A DNA stretch of 64,000 nt from the human T2T-CHM13v2.0 reference genome, Homo sapiens: assembly GCF_009914755.1 (NCBI RefSeq), contig NC_060935.1; one strand, 5' to 3'. Under the pieces are notes generated by a model, which worked only from the letters and a program-made list of their open reading frames with translations, ran no database searches and was not told where the DNA came from. Within the stretch, counting starts at the first letter, position 1, and each line of letters opens with the position of its first letter. Position numbers and translations under genes: made by a program. This document shows positions 13,251 through 26,796 of the stretch, one piece after another.

Positions 13251-15249
13251 CTCACTTGATGGAGGCCCTCTTCTTAATCATCTGCGTTAGGGCAAGAGTT
13301 TCCACCTGGCCCTCTAGCCCAGGACCGCACCTCTCTTCTATTCTCTACACTCCTGATAGTTTTACAGTTTTCACAGGTTAAAATTCAGTATCTCTAATAT
13401 GGCATAAAAAGGGCATTATTTGTTACCTATGCGCCTTTCCAGCTTTCCACTCTACCCATACTGAAAGGCTTTGCAGTTTCCTTAGGGATGGATGAAAGGC
13501 GTAAGAAGTGTTAACTATAGACAGTAACTAAGCTAGTAGCTTATGAGATAAATGCAAAACTCCTAGCATATTTTAAATATAGAATATGAGTAAGCATGTA
13601 CTTTGTGAAACATAGGCAGGATTATGTAAAATATATAGAGTAAGTTAGTAAACTATAAGACATGCCAAAGTTAAATAGAAATATGATGGAATAGAGAGTC
13701 ACTGATAGCCAAAAAGGGATGGAAAAACTAAGCAATGAGCAATCATGACATCTCTGGGCTATTAACTATGTCACCTCTAAATCAGCCACCCATTGGTCAC
13801 ACTTAGAATAGTCTCATATGTGCTCTGCCCAGGAAATGCAAATAAAACCTGTATCTGTTCAACAACTTACCGAGTAAGCTCTGGCTGTGACCAGGCATAC
13901 TTCTCTGCGTCTATCCAATAAAGCAGGTGTGTACCATTGGCCCAAAGCACTTTCCACCTGTGGGCCTCCTTGCTGACACCTCACCTCTGGTCCTCGTAAG
14001 TATACCACCAGCGGAGAAGGCTGTTGTGGCAGATAGGATATATGAACATTACTTAACCCATGATTCAGGTGATGGCGTCCTTCCACTTGCTTGCACCTTA
14101 TCCTAAGTGTGTCCACTTACCACAACTCTTTCACCTTTTCACTGGATACTTAAATTGAATAGGCTATATTATTTAATAATCTTAATTTGATCTGTGAGCC
14201 TTCTCTGTTTCATTACCTTTAGGATAGCTTGCCTAGTTTACTAGGAAGTCACAATTGCATCAAATTAAGTTCCATGCAGGCATTAATCTCCTCCCAGAAC
14301 GCTCCTGCTTTAGCCCCTATCATTTTATCCTGTTTATATCCATGTGTTTCTGTTATGACACTTTTCACACCACACTGTGATTAACTGTTTATTCCTCTCT
14401 CACTAGTCTGTGAGCTCCTTGGAAGCAGAAATAAATTTTGTTTTTGTCTAATCATTGCTTAACAAAGTGCCAACCACAAAGTAAACAGTAAAAGAATTAC
14501 AGAATGCAACTTCCTGCAGACACAGTTGAAGAAACTATTCATTGTTTTTTCCTTTCTGTCATTCCCTAGTTCTAGGCATCAAATCGCTTGCCTAGTCGGC
14601 GAGCAGTATGAAAGTGGTGGGAGGACCATAGACGCACTGCAGAAAACAGCTTACAGTAGATGCAGAGAATTACTAGCAAGCTTGGGCCTTGGTGGGGCTT
14701 GTCTTATTTACCTGTTCCTCATTTTTCACTGGGAGTTTAAAACAAGTTTTTGTTTCCCTGCTATCCCGACCTTAAGATAATTAAAAGGCCAAGAATCTTT
14801 AAGAGACTTTCAGTTCTCCTGGATTCTAGATAATAAAACCCACTTTAAAAATTAATGAGCACCTATACTGTGACAGACAATAAGGATACAATAAAAATAC
14901 CATTTCTGTTCTGAGAAAATTTACAAGCATCTTCCTGGAGCCTACATTTTACTCGAAGTAATAGCTATTTTTATAGCTTACAATAAAAGATGCATTTTGG
15001 AATATATTTCGCTTGAATTAAAGAAATAGAATGTGAGACCTTAAACAAAGGGTCCGTTCTTCAGATCCTTTTAACTCACACTCTCCTTCAGGGGTCGGGG
15101 TATTTGGGTGCAAAAGTTTACTATCACGCACAGGTGTAGAGATGTACAAATACGATCCAATTTAGTGGAAACTGTGTCTTGTAAGAGATGGCCCCCAGGG
15201 ACCTCCCACATCCCTAACCTCTCGGAGGACTGCAAAAGACAGCATCTGA

Positions 15250-15800
15250 AGCACCTCTTGCCTCGCCTTGAATCATTTGCCACTTCACACCGCCCCGCCC
15301 CTTCCGTCCCCGGAGGCGGCCAGCCTCGTGTCCGCTCTAGGCTTTTCCCGGACGTCTCTTTGTGGTGGCGTTGAGCTCCTCTAGCCCGCGCTTGCCGTCC
15401 TCTCAGTGGTAGCGCGGGGACTGGCTGGGAAGCGGTCGGTCGAGTGTGGCCTGTGTGGACTCGCATCTTGCCCGAAGCTGGGCGGAGGAGAGCTCAAGCT
15501 AAGGTGGAAGGGGAGCGGGGGAGGCCCTGGAGAGGAGTGGGAGAGTGGAGACGGGCCCCTGGGTGGCGAGGGAGCCCGGCGGCGTAACGGGGGAACCCGG
15601 GGAGAGGTGGAAGAGGAGGCCCGCACACGTGAGGGGGATTTCCAGCTGCTGGCCGGGGCCTCTCACCCCTACCCCCGCGTAGTTCATCTGCGACGCAACG
15701 CCTTGTGTCAAAGCCCAGCACAGGTTCTGCCGCCTCTGACCTCTCTGAGGGTCGTCGCCTGTCCTGTAGGCCCAGGACCTTCAAAGCTACGATTTTGACG
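15250..15800. promoter_or_regulatory. ARL14EP: CpG island / TATA-less promoter of ARL14EP (probably bidirectional)
   Basis: The only CpG-dense, GC-rich stretch in the window; GC box ccgccccgccc at 15291-15301, E-box cacgtg at 15626-15631, tgacgt at ~15797. Confidence 0.85.
15400..15503 (+). other. ARL14EP: Probable non-coding exon 1 of ARL14EP (TSS approximate)
   Basis: Lies in the CpG island upstream of the exon-2 acceptor; candidate donor AAG|gtggaa at 15503/15504 is followed by a G-run-rich intron start. Boundaries are inferred. Confidence 0.5.
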
Positions 15801-17302
15801 TGAACTACTTAGGGTTATTGTGGCCTTGAACTCCGTAGACAGCCTTTATCTCTGCTATTTTTGTTTTTAATTTTTCAAATCAGAATCCTTTCAACCCTGG
15901 CCGTTTGAGGCCAAAGGCTAATGTTTATTTTTCCATCCCGGTACCATGAACTTAGTAGGTGCCCACTGGACGGATCTGGTGGTTTTAGTCATTTGTAAAT
16001 AGCCGTGAACTAAGGAAGAAATGTATGTGGCCTCTTACAGGGTTGGGTTGGGAATCATTGCAGGGTTTGGGGGCACTCTGTTAGGCATGATAACAACAGC
16101 TCTAGGCTTGAGTTTCTTCATCTGTAAATGAGAATGATAGTACTTTCCTCAGGGTGGCTATGAAGGTTCCTGAAATGATGTTTGCCCTAAGCACTGTACC
16201 TGGCATGTCCTGACTACCACACTTGAACCAAATCTTTTCAATGGTGTTATGGACTATATTTTTGTTTTAAATTGCCTTTACCTTTCTTATTGTACCTAGA
16301 TCTTCCTGAGGATTGAGACTCTCCTCTTTGCCTTTGGGCCAATTGTCATGTTATAGGTAATCAGTATTTGAAGATGACAGGCACAAAAAGTTCACAGTTG
16401 CAGGATGCGTGACTTTTGTAGGCGTATGTACCCATAACTAAAGCTCCTGATTTGGGGAGTAGGGGTAGATTAAATTATATTTTTATTAAATAAGAGATAA
16501 TCTGGGAAGACGCTGTGTAAGTTGTAAGACCCTATGCCAAGAAAAGCCTTTAATTTTTTTCATAAAACATTTCATGAAAACTTTTTTTATGTTTTTCATA
16601 AAAGAGACATCAGTTGACCTAAAAACGAAGTAAATTTTTTGTTTTGTTAAATTTCCTCTAAATGTTACTTTTCCCACTAATAAGGAGACTGGTAACAAAC
16701 TAAAAAACTATGTTAAGGGAAATTAACATATTGGAACGGGTATTTCTGCATCTCCCCTACAAATTTAGGAAGAAAAAGTGAGTTCCCTAATTAATCCTCA
16801 ATTCCCTCTGCTGTTGTTTTGTTAGTGGCTGTTTTGCTGTTTTGTTAGTGGTGGGGGGGGTGTTCTGCATTAACACCCCGAAACCCCTGTGATAATGTCC
16901 TAGACCTTGCAAGCATCATGGCCGCGTGTGAGTTTTCTCAGCTTCCTCAACCTAATCTACCTTCCTTACCGTTTGGTAATGGGCAGCAAGAGAAAATGCT
17001 TAAGAACTCTTTAAAACTACTGATGTTTTAAAGTAAAGCTGGATAATTCCCTGAGCTGGCAGCGTTCAAATTGTATGAGGAGCAAATACTTTTGTTTACT
17101 GCCTAAGGTAGTAGGAGAGGTCTAATCAAAGTATTCTACATTTATTTCATTCTCTTTTGATTCTTAGGTAGTGCTACAAAAATATTAAATGTTAATCTTA
17201 GAATACAAAACATGCTGTATTTAGGCACTAAAGTAAAGTGATGTCAATCCTAAGGCAGCAGAAAGTCTTAATTTTCTCCTATGCAGAATTTTTAAAAGAC
17301 AA

Positions 17303-17795
17303 TGTCAGATAAGAAATCTGGACTTAGGAGAGACTTTATTCAAAAGGGTTATCACAAAAGGAGAAAAGGGACTTTTGCAATGGGTAGAACCAAAAGATCT
17401 GCAAGAATCTCCAAGGAGTGAACTGTGCTAGAAAGTTTTGGTGTGAGGAAGTAGGATATAAGGGTGGCTTGATCTAATAGTAGATCTGAGAATGTTATTC
17501 CTTGGCTCTGGCTGAGAGTTGGCCAAAGCTCAGGAACCTGGGGGAAGGAGAGAAACTAAAGTTTGATTAACAAGTATTTTGTTCCACTTGATCTGTAGGG
17601 CCAAGCAGATCAGCAAATTATTCATAAATTCATAGTTGAAGCAAAAAATGAGAATTTGGAGGGTCTTTCTTTTGCCTGGTCATAGGTAAACAAGGGGGGA
17701 TCCTTGAGTCTTACCTAACTCAAGGGTGGGAGGATTTTTTAAATTATAGCTAATAAGGAGCCAGCACAGGGCTCAAGCAAAATTCAACTTGCCAA
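17303..17795. mobile_element. Old ERV LTR-like element (MER31/MER67-like)
   Basis: tgtcag...actttattcaaaagg start and LTR-like composition; family uncertain. Confidence 0.35.
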
Positions 17796-18524
17796 AAAGT
17801 GTTTTTATTATTTGACATTGAAAAGTATTGAAAACCTGGATTTTATTTATACCATGGTGAATCTTTCTAAAACTGGGGTTTTTGTTATTGGTTTGCTTGT
17901 TATCCTATAAGAAGCTGGATTTTTTTTCTTCCATGAAGAGTACTAGGTTTTATATTGACCAAAGTGTTTGGAGCAAATTAATCTTTTCTTGCGTTAAAAG
18001 ATTATTAAAATAGGAACTGGTAAGATGCTATAACCAGTTTAAATGACAATTAAAAGTAGACATGTTTATAGAGCAGGAATATTGAAATAAATGTGCAAGT
18101 GAGGGCAAAATTGGCTGCTTCCACAGTCAGACGGAAGTCCATTGAACCTTCAGCAGATAGAATTTACAAGAATACAGACAATTATTTTGCATTGCTGTTG
18201 GTTATCTACAGTTGACAGTTGTAAAATAGCTCCAAGATGCTGAAAGAATCAGACTTCCCATGTAATCAGAATGTGAAAACCTGAAAGGCTGTGCTCTCAA
18301 CAGTGCAGTTTTCTATTGAAGCAGATGTTTTTCTCTGTCCTTAGTGTATCGAATTTAAATCTCCTCTCCCTCAATAATCTTCCCTAGAGTTAGACTTCCT
18401 GTAAGGCAAATACATATCTGTGTTTTTCTTACTCTTTTTTGCTATCTTCTATAAAATATAGAAGATATCAAAACATTTTAAATTTAAATTTTTTAATTGA
18501 ATTATCTGAAGCAGTACATAGCAA

Positions 18525-18660
18525 ACTGTAATGTGCTTACAAATCACTTGGGTATCTTTTTGAAATGCAGATCCTGACTCATTGGGTCTGGAGCTGATAC
18601 TGAGATTCTGTATTTCTACTGAGGTCTCAGCTGATGCCAGTGCTGATTCAGGGAGAGTAA
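18525..18660. mobile_element. MER5A-like hAT-Charlie fragment
   Basis: aatcacttggg...aaatgcagatcctgactca...tgagattctgtatttcta...ctgatgcc. Confidence 0.55.
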
Positions 18661-19106
18661 ACAGTAATGCATTTCCAACTATATTAAGGAAGGGGCCAGA
18701 TAAATCATCGTTATGGAAGAACATAGCACTGTACTGTAGGTGAAAGGAACAATATGAACTTGCTGGACTGTCATTTGAAGAAAACAAAATATAAACTGTA
18801 GGCCACATTGCCAGAACACAGACCAAAATGAGCAAAAACAGTTGCTAGGAAACAGGCCCAAATGCAGAACTTTAGCTTATAGGAGGAAGTCAGAAAGAGC
18901 TGGAAATGAGAACATTGAGGAATATAACAGAGGAGGAACAACCAGAGGGTGTGATTTTTAGAATGCAAACAGTGACCACTTAGGATCAGTGTCTGAAATT
19001 TGGTGTTCCTTGAGCTAGCTGGACTTGGACTCTTTGACAGTATGTGAACAAACTGCCTAATCGTAGATCAGAAAGCTAACCTATGGAAGACTTTAAAACT
19101 ACCTTG

Positions 19107-19151
19107 ACTCAGGTGTGTGCAGTTTTACTCAGGTGTGTGCAGTTTTACTCA
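19107..19151. repeat. 20-bp tandem duplication (actcaggtgtgtgcagtttt x2.25)
   Basis: Exact copies at 19107-19126 and 19127-19146. Confidence 0.9.
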
Positions 19152-19977
19152 AGTGAGTGGGATTAGTTTGCCGCTGAATTTTAATCTGTGTAAAATTTAG
19201 TTTTTATCACAGTTGGCAATGTCTTCTATCAGATAGGATATTTTAATTTTAAAATGAGCTGATCCTGTAAAGAAGTAATTCGTTGTCTGAAATTCAAATC
19301 TAACAGGGCATCCTGCGTTTTTTATTTGCCAAGTCTGGTGACCCCATTTTCTGCATCCAGTAAGTAGAGATCTTTGGTGCTAGCTCAATGTCCTGCCTGT
19401 TACTAAGAAAAACTGAACTTCCTGTAAACAACTTACAGGACCCACCTACTCAGAAGGCTGAGGTGAGAAGATCACTTGAGGCCAGGAATTTCAGAAATAG
19501 GTATTCAACTTCACTGGCACAAGTTACAGAGTCTATTCCATTAGTTTCCTTTAATCATGATGAACTCTGTTGAATTTTGTAGTAATTTAGCCATGAATAA
19601 AGGAAACTAATGGAACAGAGACTCCCCAATAACTAAGGAAAAGAATTTTTTACCTAAAATTAAAATTAATAGAGTAAATGAAATTACCCTAAAGGGTAAA
19701 AATGTATTATTACTATGGACAGATAAGGTTTCTAAAGTAATTAGTTTCCTAAATCCAAGATGCTTTTCCTATCAAATATGACCATGGTAGCCCAAGTTTT
19801 GAATATTAGGAAATAGCTTTATGGCAAAAAAAGTTCCATTATAGATCTGTGGCTAAAAACTGGTGATGATTACCTCCAAATAAAAAGAATCTCTGGCATT
19901 AACAAAATACTAAGCATTATTTTCTGTACAGTGATGAGGGATAGTTGTCCTAGTTTCCCTTGTATTAAGAAAGGTCA

Positions 19978-20291
19978 GGCCAGGCACGGTGGCTCATGCC
20001 TGTAATCCCAGCACTTTGGGAGGCTGAGGCAGGCGGATCACGAGGTCAGGAGATCGAGACCATCCTGGCTAACATGGTGAAACGCCATCTCTACTAAAAA
20101 TACAAAAAAAAAAAAAAAAAAAGCAAAATTTAGCCAGGCGTGGTGGCGGGCACCTGTAGTCCCAGCTACTCTGGAGGCTGAGGCAGGAGAATGGCGTTAA
20201 CCCGGTAGGTGGAGCTTGCAGTGAGCCAAGATCTCGCCACTGCGCCTGGGCGACAGAGCGAGACTCCGTCTCAAAAAATATATATAAAAAA
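19978..20291 (+). mobile_element. AluY-like SINE
   Basis: Full dimer with gagaccatcctggctaac and gaatggcgt diagnostics; TSD taagaaaggtca at 19966-19977 and 20292-20303; middle A-tract expanded to A19. Confidence 0.92.
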
Positions 20292-20435
20292 TAAGAAAGG
20301 TCAAAGCCAGATTGTGTCCCTTATTTGCTAATATACATTGCCACATAGTTCGTTGCCTTGTAACTTTACCTCTGATTTCCTTTTTCTCCTCCTTAATTTA
20401 TCTTAATCCAATTATCTGTTTGAAGAAAAAAAAAA

Positions 20436-20805
<370 letters not shown>

Positions 20806-21269
20806 TAAAAACTGACTAAAACACAGTAAATGAATATAAATATACTCTGTTTTTACCAGCTTTAAAACTTTTTTCAGTTAAAATGTTCAGTAACATATTT
20901 TAACACTTTAAAGTGTATTTTATTTTTTAACTTTCTAAATATAGTATTTTGACCTAAAACACAGACATTTATTCGCCATTTTTTGTTACCTGAGGCCAGA
21001 GTCTTCTTTTTATATGATTTTGCTGATTATTGTTTTTCTCTGCAGAAACCATATCAAAATGTGTTTAAGATTTCTCTCCAGTTTTTGTTTTTTTTTTAAT
21101 TTTGCAAAGCTTAAAAACACTTGTAAAATTGCTGAATCCTAGACTTCACAGTCCCTCCCTACCACTCAGATTTCAGTGGTTCACATTTTTTCTCAACAGC
21201 AGATTTTTTCCTAATGAGTTGCATTGGTTGCATATTTTCTTGAGAATCCAACTTTTTTTTTTAATTTGC

Positions 21270-23135
21270 TTTGAAAATTATTTATGAAAAATTTCAAATA
21301 GAAAGTATGGACAGTAGTGAAGCACTTATGTACATGTCACCAAACCTTATTTTCTGTAAATCTTTTTGGGGAAAATAATGTTTTTTCCCCTCAGAAGTAT
21401 CCACAAATGTGATATATGTTACTCTTATGTATATTTTAGTATATATTCATGTTTCATCTGTAAATCTTATGTACTATCTTATCTTTTTAAATTTTACCTT
21501 TAATGATGATACTATATAACCTTTACAACTTTTTTCACTTAAGATTGTCTTTGAGATTTATTCATGTTGATTCACGTAATTCATGTAGTTTATTCATTTT
21601 AACTGTTATGTGGGAGTCCCTTGTATGAGTAACGATTTCACATCCTTTACAATTAGGTTATTTGTCATCTTTCACTGCCAAAGGCAGTGAATGCTGAAAG
21701 TTTTCGTATATAACTTGTGCTCTTATTGGAGATATTTTTCTCCATCTGACACCCAGAACTGAAAAGAGCTGAGTCCCAAGGTGTATGCTTCCTCAGTTTT
21801 ACAAGAAATTGCAGAAAATGTTCTAAAGCAGTTGCAGCAATTTACATTCCTACCAAAGTTATTATAAGGAGCATGTGAGAGTTGGACACATCTTAACCAG
21901 ATATCAGATTTTTAAATTGATTTCAAGCAAATGTTTAATAAATGATATTTAATTTGCATTTTCCTAGGAACTATGGGGGAAACAGTTTGTATGCATGTAT
22001 TGGCTTTTGTTCTCTTTCTCTGTGAATTGCCTGACTATATTTGTTTAGTTTTCCAGTGGACTCTGTCATTTTCTAATTGATTTTTGGAAGTGAGGAGTTA
22101 CTCGAATATTTATGATAATAATCCTAACACCTTTCAAGTGTCTTTTTTTTTCTCCTTTAGTTATACAGAAATGTGTAAATTTTACATATAATCAAATATA
22201 TCCATCTTTTTATTTATTTATTTTTTTGGTATCTGCTTGCTTGTTTGAAAAATTCTTCCATACTTCCATGTCAGAAAACCTTCTTTATTTTCTCATAAAC
22301 ATGTTTAGTTTTTCTTTTCATGTTTAAATCTTTAATCCACTTGTTATTGATTTTTGTTTGTGCAGAAGAGATCTAATTGTTTTTCCATATGGTTAAAGTC
22401 CCTTCTTCATTAGTGTGTGATACCCATCGATTAATAGTACCACATGTCATATACTGAGCCCTCATCTACTCATGGATCTGTTTGTTTATACTATACCAAT
22501 ACCATAGTTTTAATTAGAATAGGTTTAAAGTAAATCAATATGTTACTGTATTTTCCTTCAGGATTACCTTGGCTTTCTTAGACCTTTGCTCTTTCATATA
22601 GACCAGCTTGCTAAATTCCAAGGGGGTGGCAGTAGAATATCTGATGGAACTTTGATTGTAACAGAACTGAATTTACAGATGTATTCCCAGATAATTGACA
22701 TATTTTTTATAATGAGCCACTCCATGATATATAGCTGCATTTATTTAGGGTACCGTTTTTGTCTTGCAGTTTGATAATTTTCTCCATGAAGGTCTTGTTG
22801 TATGTCTTTTGTAAGAGTCACATATTTTGTAAGATACAGTGTTTTTTGGTTTCTAGCATCCCTGGTGAATTCTCTTATTAGTTCTAATAGTTTGTTAAAC
22901 CTCTTGTATTTCTCATGTATCTTAGGATAATATTTCTTATTTCCTCCTTTTTAATTCTTATGTGGTCTTAAATATAATCTGTAATTGCAGATGTTTTCGT
23001 GAAGTTCTGACTTTACAGGGAACGCTTCTGTTTGATTATTAAATGTCTATTATAAGACTTCGATAAATACCTTTTTTATTCCTTATTTTCTTTTAGATAG
23101 GTGTTGAATTTTATCAAATGCTTTTTCAGTTTCCT
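21270..23135 (-). mobile_element. Old L1ME-class fragment in ARL14EP intron 1
   Basis: Degenerate antisense L1 ORF2/3' motifs: caatttacattcctacca, tttaatttgcattttcct, gtgttgaattttatcaaatgctttttc. Confidence 0.6.
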
Positions 23136-23247
23136 AGATAAACTTGCAGCACAAATTTGATTCTCTTTAATATTTTCTCTAGGGTGATCAGCCCATGACC
23201 TAAACCTCCAGACAAAATAAAACAGGGAAAATTTGCTAGAATCAAGA

Positions 23248-23673
23248 ATGATGGATCCATGTTCAGTTGGAGTCCAGCTTCGTACTACAAATGAGTGCCA
23301 TAAAACCTACTATACTCGTCACACAGGTTTTAAGACTTTGCAAGAATTGTCATCAAATGATATGCTTTTACTTCAACTTAGAACTGGAATGACACTTTCT
23401 GGGAACAATACAATTTGCTTTCATCATGTAAAAATTTACATTGACAGATTTGAGGATTTACAGAAGTCATGTTGTGACCCATTTAACATACACAAGAAAT
23501 TAGCCAAAAAAAATTTGCATGTAATTGACTTAGATGATGCCACTTTTCTGAGTGCTAAATTTGGAAGACAGCTTGTACCTGGTTGGAAGCTTTGTCCAAA
23601 ATGCACACAGATAATCAATGGAAGTGTGGATGTTGATACTGAAGACCGCCAGAAAAGGAAACCTGAGTCAGAT
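23248..23673 (+). CDS. ARL14EP: ARL14 effector protein, first coding exon (exon 2; aa 1-142)
   Basis: Acceptor ttttctctAG at 23181-23182; ATG at 23248 ([19 protein letters not shown]...KPESD); donor GAT|gtatgt at 23673/23674, phase 0; protein recognised as ARL14EP/C11orf46. Confidence 0.96.
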
Positions 23674-25164
23674 GTATGTGTAATAGTCATTTTTTTCTAC
23701 ATTGTGAATTCTACCATGTAGGATTTTGCTTAACTATAAGAAAATCATATTTACATTATTACTAAATTTGTTAGCATACAGTGAATTAAAAGGAGGGGTG
23801 AAAGTGGATGATGTTTCTAAATATTATTCACATATACTGAAGGTCAAGATTGGGGGATAAAGAAAGTAGGCCTGGGAAAGTAATAATAAAATATGCCTAA
23901 GACTCCAAGCTACAACTTTTAGTGCGAAGACTTTAGGAGTGGGTTTTAGAATATTCTGGCCAAGCCAGGATTTAGTTTCTTTTCTGATACCAAAGTAACT
24001 ACACGGGACATGGCAACCACCAAGGGTCTTTGCAGCAGGATGACTTCGCCTTTATATGAAGGACTTGGAAATCACTGCTTTAAAAGGAACATTAGAGAGG
24101 TGACTTACAGTAATTGTTTTTTATTTCACTCTTTTTTTCTCCTTTGACACTGTCTCGTTCTTGAGTTTTTTAAATGCTTGTGAATTTTCTTTGCTTCTAG
24201 TTCTGAATTCCTACTTGATATGGTCAAGGCTAATTTTAGGACTCCTTGAGGTAAAAAAAAAATAATACATTTTTACATTGTAAAGTATTAAATATTTTAC
24301 CTCTATTCCTATTGACATGCCTACATGCATATTTAACCATATCAGAACAACTTAAGTTTTCATAAAGCTATCTTTTGTGTAGGACAAGTATATCAAAGAA
24401 GCACATCTCAGAATTTTTACTTGTAATTATTTCATAATTCTTACTGCTGGAATATTTTTCTCAGTTTTCTCCTTTTTATTAAACCAAGTTAAAAGATAGT
24501 TGAAATTTGAAATTATACTATTTTCCTGTTGTTGTCTTCTCAGAGGAACATCTTGAGGGCCCAGTTTATCTGTAGTTCATACTAGATACTTGCTGATAGT
24601 GTCATTGTAGATGTCTTCACCTTATCTATCCAATGTTCTTGTAGAATATATCAGCTGCAGCTCTTTCCTCCCCAAATAACAAACATAAACCCTTAAACAC
24701 CGAAATTTTGTTTCACCAAAACTTTTCAAAAAGATTATAATACTATTCTAGAACTTGAAATCATATTCTCTGCTCTTAAAAATATATAAAATACAATAAT
24801 AAGGACCCAGGATTGTTAGGAAATCAGTTATGTGCCACTGGATTATATAGCAGTTTTTGTGCCTTCTCTCCTGTGTTGGCAGCAGCCATTGCAGTTTTCA
24901 CAATGCCTTCCTCCTCTGCTCCTAATATACCAGAGACTAAAATAAAATAATGGAAATGTTACTAATACATTAACCAATATGCTTTGAATATGGTCTAGGG
25001 CCATGTAAATTTTCTTGCACTTAGGCTCTAAAACCTTGTTTTCTTTTTTGTGTGTTCCAGACTGTCTTCCATGTTAGGGAATCGTCTGGTTTAACATTAA
25101 ATAAAATGTTAATCTGTTGTCTGTTGTCAAGATTTGAGTTGATAATTTGTTTACCTTTCTTCAG

Positions 25165-25292
25165 GGAAGAACTGCTAAAGCTTTGAGGTCATTACAATTT
25201 ACGAATCCAGGAAGGCAAACTGAATTTGCTCCAGAAACTGGTAAAAGAGAAAAAAGAAGGCTTACAAAAAATGCAACCGCTGGTTCAGACAG
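25165..25292 (+). CDS. ARL14EP: ARL14 effector protein, exon 3 ([16 protein letters not shown]...TAGSD-R)
   Basis: Acceptor cctttcttcAG|GGA and donor AG|gtaggc; 128 nt, open and in phase with both neighbours; missing from the ORF track. Confidence 0.93.
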
Positions 25293-26507
25293 GTAGGCTA
25301 AGTGTTACTGAAGACATGTTAACTTGCTGCTTCACATCTGCATTGTTCCCCTATTTTTCTCTTAAATTTTGAATTTTCTGGGTTCATATTTTAAATTGGA
25401 TAATGTAGAATTAGTAAAAACCTATGAAGGCCTTTGTTTTTATTCATATAAAATTAAGGTATCCCTTTCAACTACAAAAATTTGTTTCTAAGAAGGTAGC
25501 AGTGAACTGAAGAAATAATTTTGGCATGAGAGTTAAAATAATTACAATTAAAGTAATTCACTTATTTGAAAAGCATTGTTATTATATATATACGGACATA
25601 CCTCATTTCATTGGTGCTTCACTTTATTCTTTACAAGGTGCTATTTGTTTTTACACATTGAAAATTTGTGGCAACTCGGTGGTAAGCAAGTCTATTGGTG
25701 TCATTTTTCTAACAGCATGTACTCCCTATCTCTGTCGCATTTTGGTAATTATTGCAATATTTCCAGCTTTTTCATTACTGTATCTGTTATGATGATCTTT
25801 GATGTTACTATTATAATTATTTTGAGTCACTAGGAACCACACTAATGCAAGGTGGTGAACTTAGTCGATAAATGCTGTGGGTGTTCTTACTGCTCCACCT
25901 ACTGGCTGTTCTCTAGACTCTCTCCCTCTCCTCAGGTGTCCCTATTCCTTGAGAAACAAATATATTGAAATTGGTCCAACTAATAACCCTGCAATGGTCT
26001 CTAAGTGTTCAAGTGAAAGGAAGAGTCAAGTTTCTCATTTTACAAAAAAAGCTAGAAATGATTAAGCTTGGGAGTAAGGCACGTCAAAAGCTGAGACAGG
26101 CCAAAAGCTGTGCCTCTTGTGCTAAACAGCCAAGTTGTGAATGCAAAGAAAAAGTTCAGGAAGGACATTAAAAGTACCATTCCATTGAACACAAATGATA
26201 AGAAAGCAAAACAGCCTTATTGCTAATATGGAGAAACTTTAAATGGTCTGGATAGAAGATCAAACCAGCTACAACACATTCCCTTAAGCAAAAGCCTAAT
26301 CCAAAGCAAGGTTCTAACCCTCTTCAATTCTCTGAAGGATGAGAGAAGTGAGGAAGCTTCAGAAGAAAAGTTTGAAGCTAGCAGAGGTTGGTTTATGAGG
26401 GTAAGGAAAGAAGCCATCTCCATAACATAAAAGTGCAAGGTGAAGCAGCAAGTTATTAATGAAGGTAGCTACACTACCCAACAGATTTTCAATGTAGACC
26501 AGCCTTC

Positions 26508-26796
26508 TTTTTTTTTGAGATGGAGTCTTGCTCTGTCACCCAGCCTGGGGTGCAGTGGCGCAAACTCAGCTCACTACACCCGCCACCTGCTGTGTTCAAG
26601 CGATTCTTCTGCCTCAACCTCTTGGGTAGCTGGGACTATAGGCACGTGCCACCACAGCCAGCTAATTTTTTGTATTTTTAGTAGAGACGGGTTTCACCAT
26701 GTTAGCCAGGATGGTCTCGATCTCCTGCCCTCGTGATCTGCCCACCTTGGCCTCCCAAAGTGCTGGGATTACAGGTGTGAGCCACCACGCCCGGCC
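26508..26796 (-). mobile_element. AluS-type SINE nested in Tigger1
   Basis: Antisense Alu flanked by duplicated cagccttct. Confidence 0.92.

Noticed and set aside
15071-15798. Several overlapping ORFs of 70-131 aa
   Set aside because: Expected from stop-codon depletion in a GC-rich CpG island; low-complexity, with no recognisable domain
19107-19151. Short direct repeats as a possible CRISPR-like array
   Set aside because: Adjacent tandem copies with no spacers, in a mammalian intron; there is no CRISPR or prokaryotic system in the window
23233-23721. 162-aa ORF read as a single-exon protein
   Set aside because: The TTG start is not the real start, and the last 15 residues are intron read-through past the gtatgt donor at 23674
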